DNA of 63,629 bases, filler included, from Sphacelaria rigidula (GCA_964200075.2; 7 parts of 7 records of this genome joined end to end with filler, not necessarily neighbours in it); one strand, 5' to 3'. Positions 50,937 through 63,314 are shown, counted from the first letter of the whole stretch. Notes: a model not told the origin generated them from the letters alone. Numbers and translations: made by a program.

Positions 50937-51900
50937 GTGAGCTGTGACGTCTATCGCCGAGTAGCCAGGTGTTCGAACGAGACCTGGCAATGTTGGCTGT
51001 AGTACATGGCCTCGCAGTTGTCGTTTCACATCTGTCTGCGATGCCCATTCTGCCTACCAGATCCGGCGAAGTTATCCACGTGAAAAGTGGACATCTCTAT
51101 GGGATGTGGGCATCCACGTGGGACATCCCAGGGGGATATCTACATCTCAGATGTCTGTCATTTTTGTTCTTGTTATCTTTGTTTTTTCTTCTTTTCCGTT
51201 CCGCTTTGTTCTGTTCTCTATTCTGACTCATTTTTCTCTTTTAACACTGTCATGGTGGCTTGTGATGGTCACATTAACACCGTCGGCTGGGCATTGTGGG
51301 TCGCAGTGGTCGTCTTCGATAACATCATCACGGCACTATAATTATTTCTGGTGAAGGTACCCATAGCGCACAGGGATCTTGCCTGTGACTTCCACTGGGA
51401 TACCGTGGCACTTGCTATCATGGAAGATTCACGAGAGATCCATCGTGGATCCGTTTTGCAGAAATCTCACACCCTGTTGTGGAATACCACCATCTTCGCG
51501 GTTGTTTACCGATGTGACGCAAAATCTTGACCGCCGTGTGTGTGTGGGCGCGTACCTGAAAGAGAGAGAAAGAGAGAGAGCGGGGAAGAGTGAATGTATT
51601 TGTGTGGGTGTGCTCGAGAGCAGCAACCTAGCCCTCCCAAGTTTCCCCATCATTCGAATCCGACCCCAAACGCTATAGCTCAAGCTATACTAGCCCCGAT
51701 AAACCCATACCCATGGACCACCAGTGTCACTCCTAGGTTGTGCTTCTAGACTATCGGAGCTGGTAGTGCGTACATGTTGTATAGACTGTGTGCCAACATC
51801 GTTGTAGAATTATGGAAGTGACGTATCCCGTCCGGGATCAGAGGAATGGAGAATGGTAACGAAGATAACGAAATACGCTAAAATTGCAATGATGCGGCGT

Positions 51901-52574
51901 GTGTTTACGTTGTCATCCCATTGACTCTGGACTGCAATTCACGCCTTTCGGAATATAACGACGTTTTCGTGAGATTGAGAGTAGAAGATACGTTTGAGAG
52001 TGAGAAGCAATTCATTAGTACATGGAATTGTCTCAGTTCCGAAATGCCCCTCCACGAGACCCGATACACTTTTTGTAGTAGCTTGCCACTGAGGCCCTTG
52101 ATGTCCCTGAGTAGGATACCGACGTGTAGCTGTAAGCACACACTAGTGATACAGGCAAAGAAACGCGGAAAAGTACACACGGAATGAAAGATTGGTCAAG
52201 TTAAAGCGAATGATGAAACCCACTCTCCATGAACGCTCTACTCTCAATCTCACGAAAATATTGGTATATGTGGTCGCATCAGCCAGAATCAAACAGGAGA
52301 AAGGCCAACGCAGGAGTTTTTCTATTTTATTCTTGTGCTCCACCATCCTTCTGCGGTGCTTGACTCATTTTTTATCGAGAGCGGGGTTCAGCGGTCTCTT
52401 TCCCTCGTCGACGGTGAGGTCGAATTTCGCGTACCCACGACATACTCGCTTTCCCACTGTTGAGCAAGATGTGATAAACAATTCCAGATCGTGTGACTTC
52501 ACCGAGAGTCGAACCCAGGCACCAACCGTCTGAGTGTTTTGAGGTGACCACCTGAGCCACCGAGGCGACCGGCC
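51901..52574 (-). mobile_element. SINE S1 copy interrupted by MITE A
   Basis: The reverse complement starts ggccggtcgcctcggtggctcaggtgg...gggttcgactc. Its body matches 11165-11520 on both sides of the insertion. Confidence 0.75.
51958..52264 (+). mobile_element. MITE family A
   Basis: TIRs ttttcgtgagattgagagtaga / tctactctcaatctcacgaaaa, with TATA on both flanks. Confidence 0.85.
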
Positions 52575-52589
52575 TTGCTAGACGGGAAA

Positions 52590-54062
52590 ATATCGAAATA
52601 TATATTTTTATATCTTACAAGGTTCTGCACAAGAATGTACGCCATCACACCTACTATATTGTTTTTTTTACCAAGGACATGATAATAGCAATAGAAGCAG
52701 CAAATCAAGGGGTCAAGGTGGGGGAGGATAAGGTACCAGGATTGAAGTGCGCTAGCAAAAGGACTGCAGAAGAAAATAGAGAAGGCGCTGGATACACTAG
52801 AAAATGGAGAGTGACAGCGAGCGTACCCGAATGCGGGGTGCTTGCATGTAACGAAGACAAGAAGAACCCGGTAGAATTCGACTGGTAGTGGGGAGAAGAG
52901 GAACTGCCGATCGTAGACCAGTGTATATACCTTGGCGTAGAGAGCTTGGAAAATGCCCCTGCGATGCACACATTAATTAAGTAATAAAAAGGGTAAGGCA
53001 CAGATAGGCAAGATCGACGCGTTCCTAAGAGATTCGCAGCTAGGTACTAGGATTAAAAGATGTGTCCCGTAAATGTGATTGTATCATACCTGGAATATTT
53101 TGGTAAAGTATGGGAGGGGAACGCGACGTTGGTACAGAAGCTGGAAACAGTACAGATGATTCCAACTACCAAAATACTTGGATGCGCAAAACCGATGAGT
53201 GAAACATCATTGAGAGCGGTTGGGATTGTACCCATTTATCACGAATAGAGACATGAGAGAATGAAAATGGAAGTACAGCGTTAGAATCATGCCAAGAAAG
53301 ATATTGCCAGCCACAGCTAATGGGGTCCTAGGGAAGAAAGTGACAACGGGGGAGGCTGGAATAAGGTGGGATAGCGTAATCGAGAAATCATGGAAATACA
53401 TGGGAGGGAACCAAGACGAGATGATGCGAAAGGTGAATGTAGACTTGACAAGGCAAAAGTAAGAGGCATGGTTGGAATAAGAGAGAAACAGAAGCGCTGA
53501 GACGGTAAGTAGGCGAGGAAGAGCACCTGAAGATATGCGAGGAGTTGAGACAAGGGATAGGGATGAAAACGTATTTGCATGGCCCAATGGACGCTGCGAA
53601 AAAGCTAAATTGCGATTTCGAGTGGGAGACCTAAATGGACCTGCCAGAAAGAAGGAAGAGGTAAATCAGTAGTCGAGTTGAAGGGTTAGTAGATGCATAG
53701 AATTGCCCCTGCGGCGCGGCAGTAGAGAGTAGAACTCATATAGCCGCAGAATGTGAAGTTTACAAGGAGGAACAGGACGTGTTAGAGAAATGTGGGAAGT
53801 AAGCGAAGGTGGCATGACATCGTTTGATACATGAGGCAGTGGCGAGGAAACGATCACTAAACTAGGAGATAGACGGTGGCCATAGACGGTAAACCAGGAA
53901 GGGGACAGGATATGTCAGAGGTGTTGTGTGATGCATGGAAGAAACGTAATGGGCGCTCAAATGTTGGAGGTGTCTCTATAAGGAGTAGGAACGGTGCTCT
54001 ATCTCGAAACAGATGCGTGGTCAATGACCAAACAACGATGTCAGGCAACAGATGAGTACGCC
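52590..54062 (+). mobile_element. Degenerate 5'-truncated LINE (3' end of RT and C-terminal region)
   Basis: KWRVTASVPECGVL and WGEEELPIVDQCIYLGVE (YLG motif of non-LTR RT), many stops and frameshifts, a purine-rich strand, and an end at a C-rich tract. Confidence 0.75.
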
Positions 54063-54526
54063 CCCCCCCTCCCCCCCTCCCTCCTCTCCCCCATCGCGGC
54101 TTGGTGCTAAAATTGTCTCATTGATGTATTACAGTATTGCCATGCCAATATCGTAAAAAGAGTAGCCCATGAAAGTGGTATGAGAGCGCCGTAATAATTC
54201 GTCATTCTCTTATGAAACTAACCTGGCTCAATTCATTCACGATGCTTCATGTCAGTGCTGTAGTATCCATCATTAGGACATCATGGCTCAAGGCATGACC
54301 ACGGTACCGCCATGGGACCATCATGTTGTACTCAAAAAAGTATCATGAAGAACTTCGGCCGCCATGATAAGGCCTATTATTGCGAGCACTAGCAATGCCA
54401 CACGTTGTACACCAACCGCGATTCAGTCAGCAGTGAACAGCCGATTTTAAATTTTGGGGTTCAACACTAAAATGGGGCTGAAGTCGCATTTCTCTATTGC
54501 AGGGAAGATACGAAAGAGTAACACAG

Positions 54527-54626
54527 NNNNNNNNNNNNNNNNNNNNNNNNNNNNNNNNNNNNNNNNNNNNTTAATTAATTAANNNNNNNNNNNNNNNNNN
54601 NNNNNNNNNNNNNNNNNNNNNNNNNN
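54527..54626. other. Artificial contig spacer
   Basis: N44-TTAATTAATTAA-N44. Confidence 0.98.
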
Positions 54627-54645
54627 GGGGAAGAGGGGAGAGAGA

Positions 54646-54695
<50 letters not shown>

Positions 54696-55149
54696 ATACT
54701 GGAATATGCTCTTTTCTTCACTCTCGGTATGACAGAAGTCAGTGTTGGGACTTCCAATGCCGCACGGACTTTGATGCGCGCGTGCCGACATGAGCGCCTC
54801 TAGACTTGAGCTCATTTCGATAGTCAGCAGGTTTCGGTCTGACTTTTGTCGGGATAGGGGCAATGCATAAGTTCGAATGGGTCATTTCATGAATGGCGCT
54901 GATCTCCTGGGTGTATCCCTTCTTCGCCGACGGTGCACGGCAGCAGTTGTCTTGTTTAAGGTGTTGTCTTCGTCAGCGGGTTGTGTTTTTTCTTGTGTTG
55001 CTCAGGTTCCAAATGCTTCTTGCCTCTCTGCCTAGACAGAAAATCGTCGAGTTGTGGGTTGAGGGCGCCGCGTTCCATCTTGTTGTGGAGGCAGGCTCTC
55101 GAGCCCACGGGCTCGTGCACAAGTATTTAGCCCGTGGACAACAAAGTGA

Positions 55150-55435
55150 GTATGTGCTGGTGAGATTGAGAGATCGTTGATCGAAAGTGGGTTTTATCAT
55201 TCGCTTTAGCTTCACCAATGTTCCATTTGGTGTGTGCTTTTCTTTGCTTGTAGCACTGGGGTGTGCTTTCAGCAACACGTCGATATCCTACTCAGAGATA
55301 TCAAGGGCTTCAATGGCAAGTTACTATCGAAAGCATATCGGGCCTCGTGTAGGGACATTTTGGAACTGAAACGAATGATTAATTAATTGACTGCTTCTCA
55401 CTATCAATCGTATCCTCCACTCTCCATCTCACAGA
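55150..55435 (-). mobile_element. MITE family A, diverged copy
   Basis: gtgagattgagag...cgtcgatatcctactcag...ggcaagttacta...ctctccatctcac, the reverse homolog of 532-832. Confidence 0.7.
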
Positions 55436-55949
55436 ACAAATGACAGTGACATGCCCCTCCTGTTGTGTGAGGGGGTCAAATAACCGCGCAGAGGATATAA
55501 TATCACGCTATTGACCTCTTTGGGGCGCCCTTAATCCCTGTAGAGGGTTCGAGCAATGCTACGGTAGGGGTGCACTTTTTTTCGCGAAATTTTGTCTGGT
55601 TCAGGGGCTCCTAACAATTCTAGACGCACCAGAATATGGGTCAGGGCATCCCCGTTTGCAGATTCATTCGGGATATCCTCAGCATATTGGAATCGTAATC
55701 CTGGCGTACTCTCGCATAAATTCAAAAGTCGCGTTTTGGATGAGATAAAGGGCTCCTAACAATCCTAACCTCAGAAAATACTTGTGTACCCCTACCGTGG
55801 CATCGTACGTTTGCTGATGCCTTCCGCCTCCTACGGGATGAGGAGGTCGACATCCCGCTAGAGTCTTGGCTCTCCTTTCGCCTCTAGAGTAATGTCCACC
55901 CCTCTCCCTTCTAGAAGGATGTTTATTCTGTATCTCCGGAGGAAACTGG

Positions 55950-56209
55950 AGGTGATCCCCTCCCTCCAGAGGACAGCGAAACCTACCCGACTGGAGGTTC
56001 GCCTTTTTCGCTCGGCCCCTCCAGAGTGACTCCGTGGATACCCTCTGGAAGGAGCAGGGGTGATGTCCTCCTCCCAGAGGGCAGCAACACCTACGACTCT
56101 GGAGGCTCGCCGTCCCTCCAGAGTGACTCCGTGGATACTCTCTGGGGGGAACAGGGGTGATGTCCTCCCTCCAGAGGGCAGCAAAACCTACGATTCTGGA
56201 GGCTCGCCG
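55950..56209 (+). repeat. ~100-bp tandem repeat (about 2.6 units) cut by the copia insertion
   Basis: ggtgat..cctcc.tccagagg.cagc.aa.cctac...ctggagg.tcgcc starts at ~55951, ~56058 and ~56156. The third unit stops at the LTR. Confidence 0.85.
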
Positions 56210-57046
56210 TGTCAAGAATTTCATGCTGCATAACATATGTGAATCAATGTTCAGTAGCATCAAGCAATAGCACGGAGGCTTGTTCACTGAGTAACAGGCG
56301 GGACATTATGCGGGGCAATAGGAAACGTTTGGAGTTGTTGTGCAGCCTTCGAGAACGCTGAACGCTGTTATGTGAAGGTTGTTGTGGAAATATATCATTG
56401 ACTAGTAGTCGCAGGTCAGTCAAGAACTCGCCAGATGAATAGATTTGGCGGTTGGATACGTCTTCTAGATTTGGCGGAGCATGCGACAGTGAGAGTTCTC
56501 GAGAAAGATTCCTGAATATGGGAATACCTATTATTGATTGTTCGAGAAGGTAGCAAAGTAGCGTAGCGATCTTCGTTGTGACCGTCTCACATGGTCTCAC
56601 TCTTCATTACTTCTCTTCACTTCTCTTCTTGAGGTCCTTTCCGTGCGGGACGCTTTGCCTGTTTGTTTGGGATCTGCTGTAATGCGTGAGAGGACCGCGT
56701 GCTTCGAGGACCGCGCCGTAGTTCAAAATATCTCAGGATCGACGTTTTTCGAAACCAATCGAGTTAGTCCTTGCAGGTACCACGCCCCTGACCCTAACTC
56801 CAACACTAACCCTAATCCTAACCCTAACCATACTGGTGTTCAAATTCTGGTGCGGTCCTCTAAGCACGCGGTCCTCAAACGCATTACACTGCTACAAGGA
56901 CGAGTAATAATAAATATACATTCGTGTTAAGATACCTGTGGTGTTCACTCCTGGGACGAGGTCAGCATAAGGCTGCTTGCGCTAACCTCTGCAGTCATCT
57001 GCCAAGAGGAGTACAACGGTCTCCACGACTACCATATTCCTCAACA
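56210..57046 (+). repeat. 5' LTR (includes a MITE insertion)
   Basis: Starts TGTCAAGA, the same as 63315, and ends TCAACA immediately before the PBS. Confidence 0.9.
56678..56888 (+). mobile_element. 211-bp TGT..ACA MITE with telomere-like core (family T), 4-bp TSD CTGC
   Basis: ~37-bp TIR TGTAATGCGTGAGAGGACCGCGTGCTT.GAGGACCGC. CTGC at 56674-56677 and 56889-56892. Internal CCCTAA-like repeats. Confidence 0.92.
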
Positions 57047-57058
57047 GGCTATGAGCCT
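57047..57058 (+). promoter_or_regulatory. Primer-binding site (half-tRNAiMet type)
   Basis: GGCTATGAGCC abuts the LTR end and resembles the GGTTATGGGCC PBS of Drosophila copia. Confidence 0.7.
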
Positions 57059-57257
57059 CGATTGTCTGCGAGGCGCAAATACCGAGAGCTTCCAAAGGAG
57101 AGCTTGCCGGGGAGACGTCTTCGACCAGTTTTTCAGGGTTCTACGGAGGGACTGAATACCTGGGACAACACAGACACTACAGGTGAGTTGAGACAATCGC
57201 GCATTCTACTCCACGTATCTGGAGTCAAGGCGGCACGCTGTACGAGTAACAGTTTAA

Positions 57258-57930
57258 ACCTGTGCGCGCAGGAATGCGGCACATTCAGGGAATTCGCACT
57301 TACGCGTCGAGCATCGGTATGCCTCGAGGCGTTCAGCCTTGCGTAGTTCATCATCCCCGCGGACGAAACCTGCATCAGCTGCAGTCTATACAAGCTACAG
57401 TTGAAACCCGTGCGCGCAGGAAGGCGGCACAGTCGGGGAATTTGCACCTACGCGTCGAGCACTGATAAGCCTTGAAGCGCACAGCCTTGCGAAGTACATC
57501 ATCCCTGCGGACGAAATCTGCACCAGCTGCAGTCTGTGCGAGGTACAGTTTAGACCTGTGTGCGCAGGAGGGAGGCACAGTCTGGGAATTCGCACTTACG
57601 CGTAGAGTATCGGTAAGCCCTGACGCGTACAGCCTTGCGTAGTACATCATCCCTGCGGACGAAAACTGCAACATCTGCAGTCTGTACAAGCTACATTGAA
57701 AACCTGTGCGCGCAGGAAGGCGGCACAGTCTGGGAATTCGCACATTCGCGTCGAGTATCAGTACGCCTTGAAGCGTACAGCCTTGCGACGTACATCATCC
57801 CTGCGGACGAAACCTGCACCAGCTGCAGTCTGTACAAGCTACGGTGAAAACCTGTGCGCGCAGGAGGGCGGCACAGTCTGGGAATTCGCACTTGCGCGTC
57901 AAGCATTGATCAAGCCTTGAAGCGTACAGT
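57258..57930 (+). repeat. ~148-bp tandem repeat (about 4.5 units) in the copia 5' leader
   Basis: acctgtgcgcgcagga..gcggcaca...gggaattcgcac...catcatccc.gcggacgaaa starts at ~57258, 57407, 57554, 57702 and 57850. Confidence 0.92.
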
Positions 57931-57955
57931 GTTGCGTGGTTCATTTTCTCTCTGC

Positions 57956-59330
57956 ATGATGAGTTACACCGCCACCAGTTCCGACCGCATAGCGGCCGTA
58001 TTCAAACGGGTACCTACATTTGAGAACGATAAGAACACCTCCATTGAATGGAAACATCAGCTGCGAGTAGCTATCTCTATCGTTGACAAGCCGATGTTCG
58101 CCGTTCTCAACGGTCAACGTAGGCCTACTGACGAACCAGCAGGGCGTGAATGGGACCGAAAGAACAGCGACCTGTTTTCGCTGTTGTTCCTTCATTGATC
58201 GGGCCTGCAGCTGCGACCATCCGGCGGCTCTTGTACACAGAGGATGAAGATCTCGATGACTCGCGGGTCGGCGATGGACAAGGTGCGTGGAAGGCCGTGG
58301 TTAAGAAGTTCGACGGCAACACCAAAGCGGCTAGGCGGGCAGTTCACGCTCAGCTTGTTAGCCTCACGATGAAACCGGGCGAAGACCCCGAAAACTTCTT
58401 CCAAGATATGGACGAAATTCGTCCGCGTCTGGAGTGTCTCGGGGGTAAAATGCACGATGATTGCTACGAGGACATCATCCTCAAGGCGATAACCCCCGAG
58501 TATGACTTCGTGCACACGAAATGCTACACCGAGCGCGACTTCGGCCTCGACACCATTCGCACCGCAATGTGCAACGCGTACAATGACCGGAATTTTGGTC
58601 TATCAACTGCAGCAACCGTGGCCAGATCTGGAGCGGCTATGCAGGCTACGGCATCTGGTATCAGTGTCACCTTTGCAAGTGGTTTGGGCACTATTAACGT
58701 GAATGCCCGGACAGCAAGCGAAGTCGGACACGGCCGACTAATCCGACACACAGACGTCGAAAAGCAGACAAGAAGAAGGGAAGTAAAAAAGCATCAAAAT
58801 GATGCTCGTATCATAGAACAACAACACACAGCGACGCTGAGCGCAAGACACAACAAAAGAAAGCAGCAACGAATGGAAGCGCCAACATCGCCAATGTAAG
58901 CATTCCCGGATCGTTCATCCCGCCGCCTGCCGCGGCGACGACTGCAAACAGAAATTCGTCCGGAACAGTCGGAGGATCCCAGCAACCTGTGATGACGGAG
59001 TCGGCTCCTCCAGTGTTATCCTTCGGCGCGTCCACCCCACCACAGTATGCTGGACTCTCAGGAAACGTATCCGATCTCTTTGGTGCCTTCGGTGGGGGTA
59101 CTGGAGAACCTTTCATGGCGGCTGCACCAACGGCTCGAACAGCCAACGACACCAACTCCGTAACCTGGCTGATGGACAGTGGCGCGACCGGTCACTACTT
59201 GGACACCAATCTCGAGTCGGGTGTTTTGGCTCGGGCGAGTGAGTACGCGGAAGGTGGAAGGCTCTGGTATCAGCTTCGAGGGAACGCTATCAGCATGTGA
59301 CGTATGCGCTCTAAGCAAAAACAAACAAGA
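57956..59330 (+). pseudogene. copia gag-protease (frameshifted)
   Basis: Frameshift near 58196. The Zn knuckle reads CHLCKWFGHY*REC (~58665-58706) with an internal stop. Protease DSGA at ~59174. The pre-integrase motif CDVCALSK is at ~59296. Confidence 0.85.
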
Positions 59331-59648
59331 CGGAGATCTACGCGACCTGACGGGCCGCGTCAACGAGCTTATCGGATCTTCATCGGGAGAGGTCCCCACT
59401 AGAGCCTCCCCAGCAGGGGGAGTCACTGAAGATTCATCTCCAGCTACAACACCGTCACCTCCAGTGGGTTCTTCGCGTGTCAGCAGGCAGGCTAATCCAC
59501 GAGCCCCGATAGACGTCATGTCCGGCGCAGGCACGAGAAGCGCTTAAGCCCGCGAGCTACAGCGCCTGGAGACTTTGGCCAATGTCTACGCCAGGGAAAA
59601 TATGCGAGACATCGCTCACGAGGATGGAGTTTCCTTTCTGGAGTAGTA

Positions 59649-61192
59649 CAGGCTGGTTCAGGGAAAAAAACCCAAAACACTCCTCGGCAAACCTTCGCGC
59701 CGTTCTAAGAAGTTAGACCCTGAAATTTCGCACAGGTGTTTTATGAGTCATTACGCAACTTCCCAAGGTCGAGTTATTTTTTGATTTTTTTTTACTTTCT
59801 TCACCGTTTTTCCGGGATCCCATTTTTTTCGAGGAAACTTCGCTCCAGTCGAACTCCCGTAAAACGGTAAAAACGGGAAAAAAACGGAACATTCAAAAAA
59901 TGCCGTCTATCCAAAGCTGCGTAATGACCCATAGCACAGTTGTTCAAAATTTCAGGGTCCAACTCCTTGAAATGGGGTGAAGTTTTCGCGTTTGTGCGAT
60001 GAACCTTGCCGTGCCACGATGAAACGACACACTACTAGATTTTAGTATAAAAATGGGATCTTTGGGCCTTCTTTGACGCGAACATGATAATTCAAGCACC
60101 AGTTTATCGAGTTTGGCCACGAAACTTTGTGGGGTTCTTCCTTGGGTTTTGGGGTGACAGAGCATTTGCGAAAAAAATGAAAAAAATATCGTAGTGTCGG
60201 TTCTCGGGGGTTCCAGAATGGAGGACTTTAAAAAAACGACTTGGATCCCGTCGGACTCCCGGAAAACGGTTAAAAGTTGAAGAATTAGAAAAACCTCGTT
60301 GATCGAAACTTGCGTAATGGGTCATAGCACATTTGTGCAAAGTTTCAGGGTCTAACTCCTGATAAATGCGTGAAGAATTGCGCGTTTGTGCGAGTATTTG
60401 AGCTTGAAACGTGCAAACTTCTAACTACTTGGTTTGAGTATCAAAACATCTTTGAGGGTGAGTTTTACGTCAAGGTAGGAAACGGTGTATGAGATTCTCG
60501 AGTTTCTTCACCAAACCATTGTACAGGTGTTCCTTGGACCATCCCGAGACACATCATCTTATTATTTCTTCTTTTGAGTCATTCTGTACCGCCTTCGGGG
60601 GGTCTTTGTCCTGGGACCCCCGCAAACCGGCAGAGAACGGAGAAACTTTGAACCCTTGCCAACAACACGATCTTCCCATTTGGAGTATCAATACCTACGG
60701 AACTGCCAAGTTCGAGGATTATCTGAGATCTCAGCTTTTCTACAACAGATATAAGGGAAATCGTCACGAGGCTCCCAGAGTCTTTCCTACGAATCATGAG
60801 TGGAAATTAGACGACGCCAAACTCTACATCACCTAAACATTACGGTTTTGGGTATAACTCGACCCCGTTGGAACCGTTATCATATCCGTTTCTCCCGTTA
60901 GGCTCTTGAGGTGATGACGATCACTACGATTTGAAGCATGTTGTGGAGATTCGGTGGAAATTGGGTTTGGAATTCGTATTTTCAATTTCGGAACAGTGTC
61001 AAAGGTGCTGTTTGGTCGAGACACATTTTTGTCCATAACGCCACCGCTATAGCCTTAAACGACAATTCGGCTTTGTCACCCTCTTCGTATGTTCATTGCG
61101 GTCAGTATGATACCATGTATGCGACTATTGGGTGTGTAGTGCAGGAGGCATTTGCTGATAAAAGAACCTGTTTTTTTTCGTGAACCAGCCTG
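59649..61192. mobile_element. 1544-bp non-autonomous DNA transposon, TA TSD (Tc1/mariner-like)
   Basis: TA|CAGGCTGGTTCAGGGAAAAAAA ... TTTTTTTCGTGAACCAGCCTG|TA. The copia pol frame resumes after it (YAYSATN...EPNTFQEAMRLPEAKQWKAA). It has internal direct and inverted repeats and no transposase ORF. Confidence 0.9.
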
Positions 61193-63084
61193 TATGCGTA
61201 CTCTGCCACAAACAACCAAATTCGAAGTTGGTCGCAGGGAGAAAAAATGGTCATAGAGCCGAACACCTTTCAAGAGGCAATGAGACTACCAGAGGCGAAG
61301 CAGTGGAAGGCAGCACCAGACAGAGAAATAGAAAAGCTTCCGTTCCAATAATGTCTTCACGCTTCTACCCTTCACGGCGATTCCTGCAGGGATGAAAATC
61401 ATCGGATACCGGTGGGTGTATAAGGTAAAAGCCGACAACACATACAAGGGAAGACTCGTCGTTCCAGGATGGGGACAAGTATCGGGTATCGACTGCGGCG
61501 GCACCTTCGCTCCCGTCTGTAGGCTACAGAGCATCCGTATGGTGCTTGCAGCGGCCGCGGAGATGGACAGGGAAATCTGGCAGCTGGACGTGCAGACGGC
61601 ATTTCTAAACCCACCCGTTGAAGAGGAAGTTTACGTCAAGATGGCCCCGGGCTATGAGGAGAACGATCCCGTGACGAAAGTTCCTCTCGTGATGAAGCTC
61701 CGGAAGTCGTTTTATGGCCTGCGCCAATCGCCACTCAATTGGTGGAACACCATGAACAAATTTCTAGGGGAGATCGGTATCACCTCTCTCACTTCAGATC
61801 CCTGTATCTACATCTTCACTGTCAACGACGACAACGACGACATCAGGGCCGGTAACTCCCAGGGCGATACCGCCAGCACCGCTCTCGGAAAGAGGAAGGT
61901 TGTCGCGCTTCTCATCCTCTACGTAGACGATGTGCTCCTTGTTGGAGGGGACGTGGGAGTACTGCAGATTCTCAAGAAAAAGCTCATGGTTCGTTTCAAA
62001 ATGACGGACATGGGAGACGTGTCACTTGTACTCGGAATAAGAGTCACCCGAGACCGCAAGAATGGGACGCTCACCATCAACCAAGAGAACTACACCCAAT
62101 CGATCCTGGACAAGTACGGCATGAGGGACTGCAATCCGCTGAGCACACAAGGAACGGGAGCAGAGCTGTCATTGCATCAACCGGAGGAGCAGCTTCTGGA
62201 TTTGGCGGCAACACAGCGATACCAGGCGATCACCGGCTCGTTAGTGTATCTAGCACGAGTGACTCGGTATGATATCCAGTTTGCTGTCAACCAGCTTGCG
62301 AGAGCGATGTCAAGACCATCAAAAGCACACATGGGTGCTGCGAAACATCTTTTACGTTACCTTGCGGAGAGTGCTAGTTTCGATATCACGTACAAGAAGG
62401 GAGGATTTCAGCTCACGGCGATTTTGGACGCCAACTGGGGGAACAACCCGGATAACGGGAAATCGATGTCCTCGTACATCGTCATGCTCTCGAACGCTCC
62501 GGTGAGGTTCAAAGTCAGAATACAGGGTCTAACGGCTCAGTCGAATGCAAGCTGAGCTTGTGGTGGCAGCGCTAGCAATGAAGGAGGCTATGTACTGTTC
62601 CAACATGATGATGCAGCTGGGATTCGGCGAGCTATTTCACAGTGTTCCGGTTCACATCGACAACACCTCAACTCTTCACGTTGCCGGTAACGGCACATAC
62701 AGTGGACGGACCAAGCATGTGGCATTGCGCTACTTCTTCATTCGCGAACTCATTAACAAGCAGAGAATCACCCTTCATCACGTGGACACCAAGAACAACA
62801 TCGCCGACATTGGTGTAATGCGTGAGAGGACCGCGTGCTTAGAGGACCGCATCGGAGTTTGAACACCCCTATGGTTAGGGTTAGGGTTAGGGTCAGGGTC
62901 AGGGGCGTAGTACCTGCAGGGACTCGCCCGATTGGTTTTGAAAAACGTCGATCCTGAGGTATTTTGAACTACGGCGCGGTCCTCTAAGCACGCGGTCCTT
63001 TCACGCATTACAATTGGGACGAAGCACGTGGGCAAACAACGTCACCTGCATCTGCTGTACGTAATCAAGACCCCTAGGACTTGA
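61193..63084 (+). pseudogene. copia reverse transcriptase-RNase H (frameshifts, MITE insertion)
   Basis: The RT ORF 61392-62555 shifts frame into 62545-62813. Removing the MITE restores ...IADIGTKHVGKQRHLHLL...* with the stop at 63082-63084. Confidence 0.92.
62814..63012 (-). mobile_element. 199-bp MITE family T, 5-bp TSD ATTGG
   Basis: Same TIRs as 56678-56888 in the opposite orientation. ATTGG at 62809-62813 and 63013-63017. Core (TTAGGG)3(TCAGGG)2. Confidence 0.92.
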
Positions 63085-63305
63085 AATAAGGACGCGAACA
63101 AGGGAGCTGATCTGATGCGTACTTTCTAGCGCAAGGTTAGATCACGACTGTGTTTTGAAGAAACGAGAACGTAGAAAGTGCTATGTTGAGAATCCAAGTG
63201 TACATTGAAGGGAATGTGCAGAAATGGAATCATGCGTCTGCATACGTAGGCCTACAATATTCACCCGCCCGGATTCCTTCATTTCTCCTGAGTGCTACTT
63301 CCATT

Positions 63306-63314
63306 GAGGGGGAG
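63306..63314 (+). promoter_or_regulatory. Polypurine tract
   Basis: GAGGGGGAG immediately before the TG of the 3' LTR. Confidence 0.85.

Noticed and set aside
51323-51356. HGTIIISGE as the next cyclase P-loop exon
   Set aside because: There is an in-frame TAA at 51320-51322 and no AG acceptor between it and the motif.
57258-57930. CRISPR-like array (also considered for 12360-12960 and 55950-56209)
   Set aside because: Whole units repeat with no unique spacers, there are no cas genes, and the context is eukaryotic.
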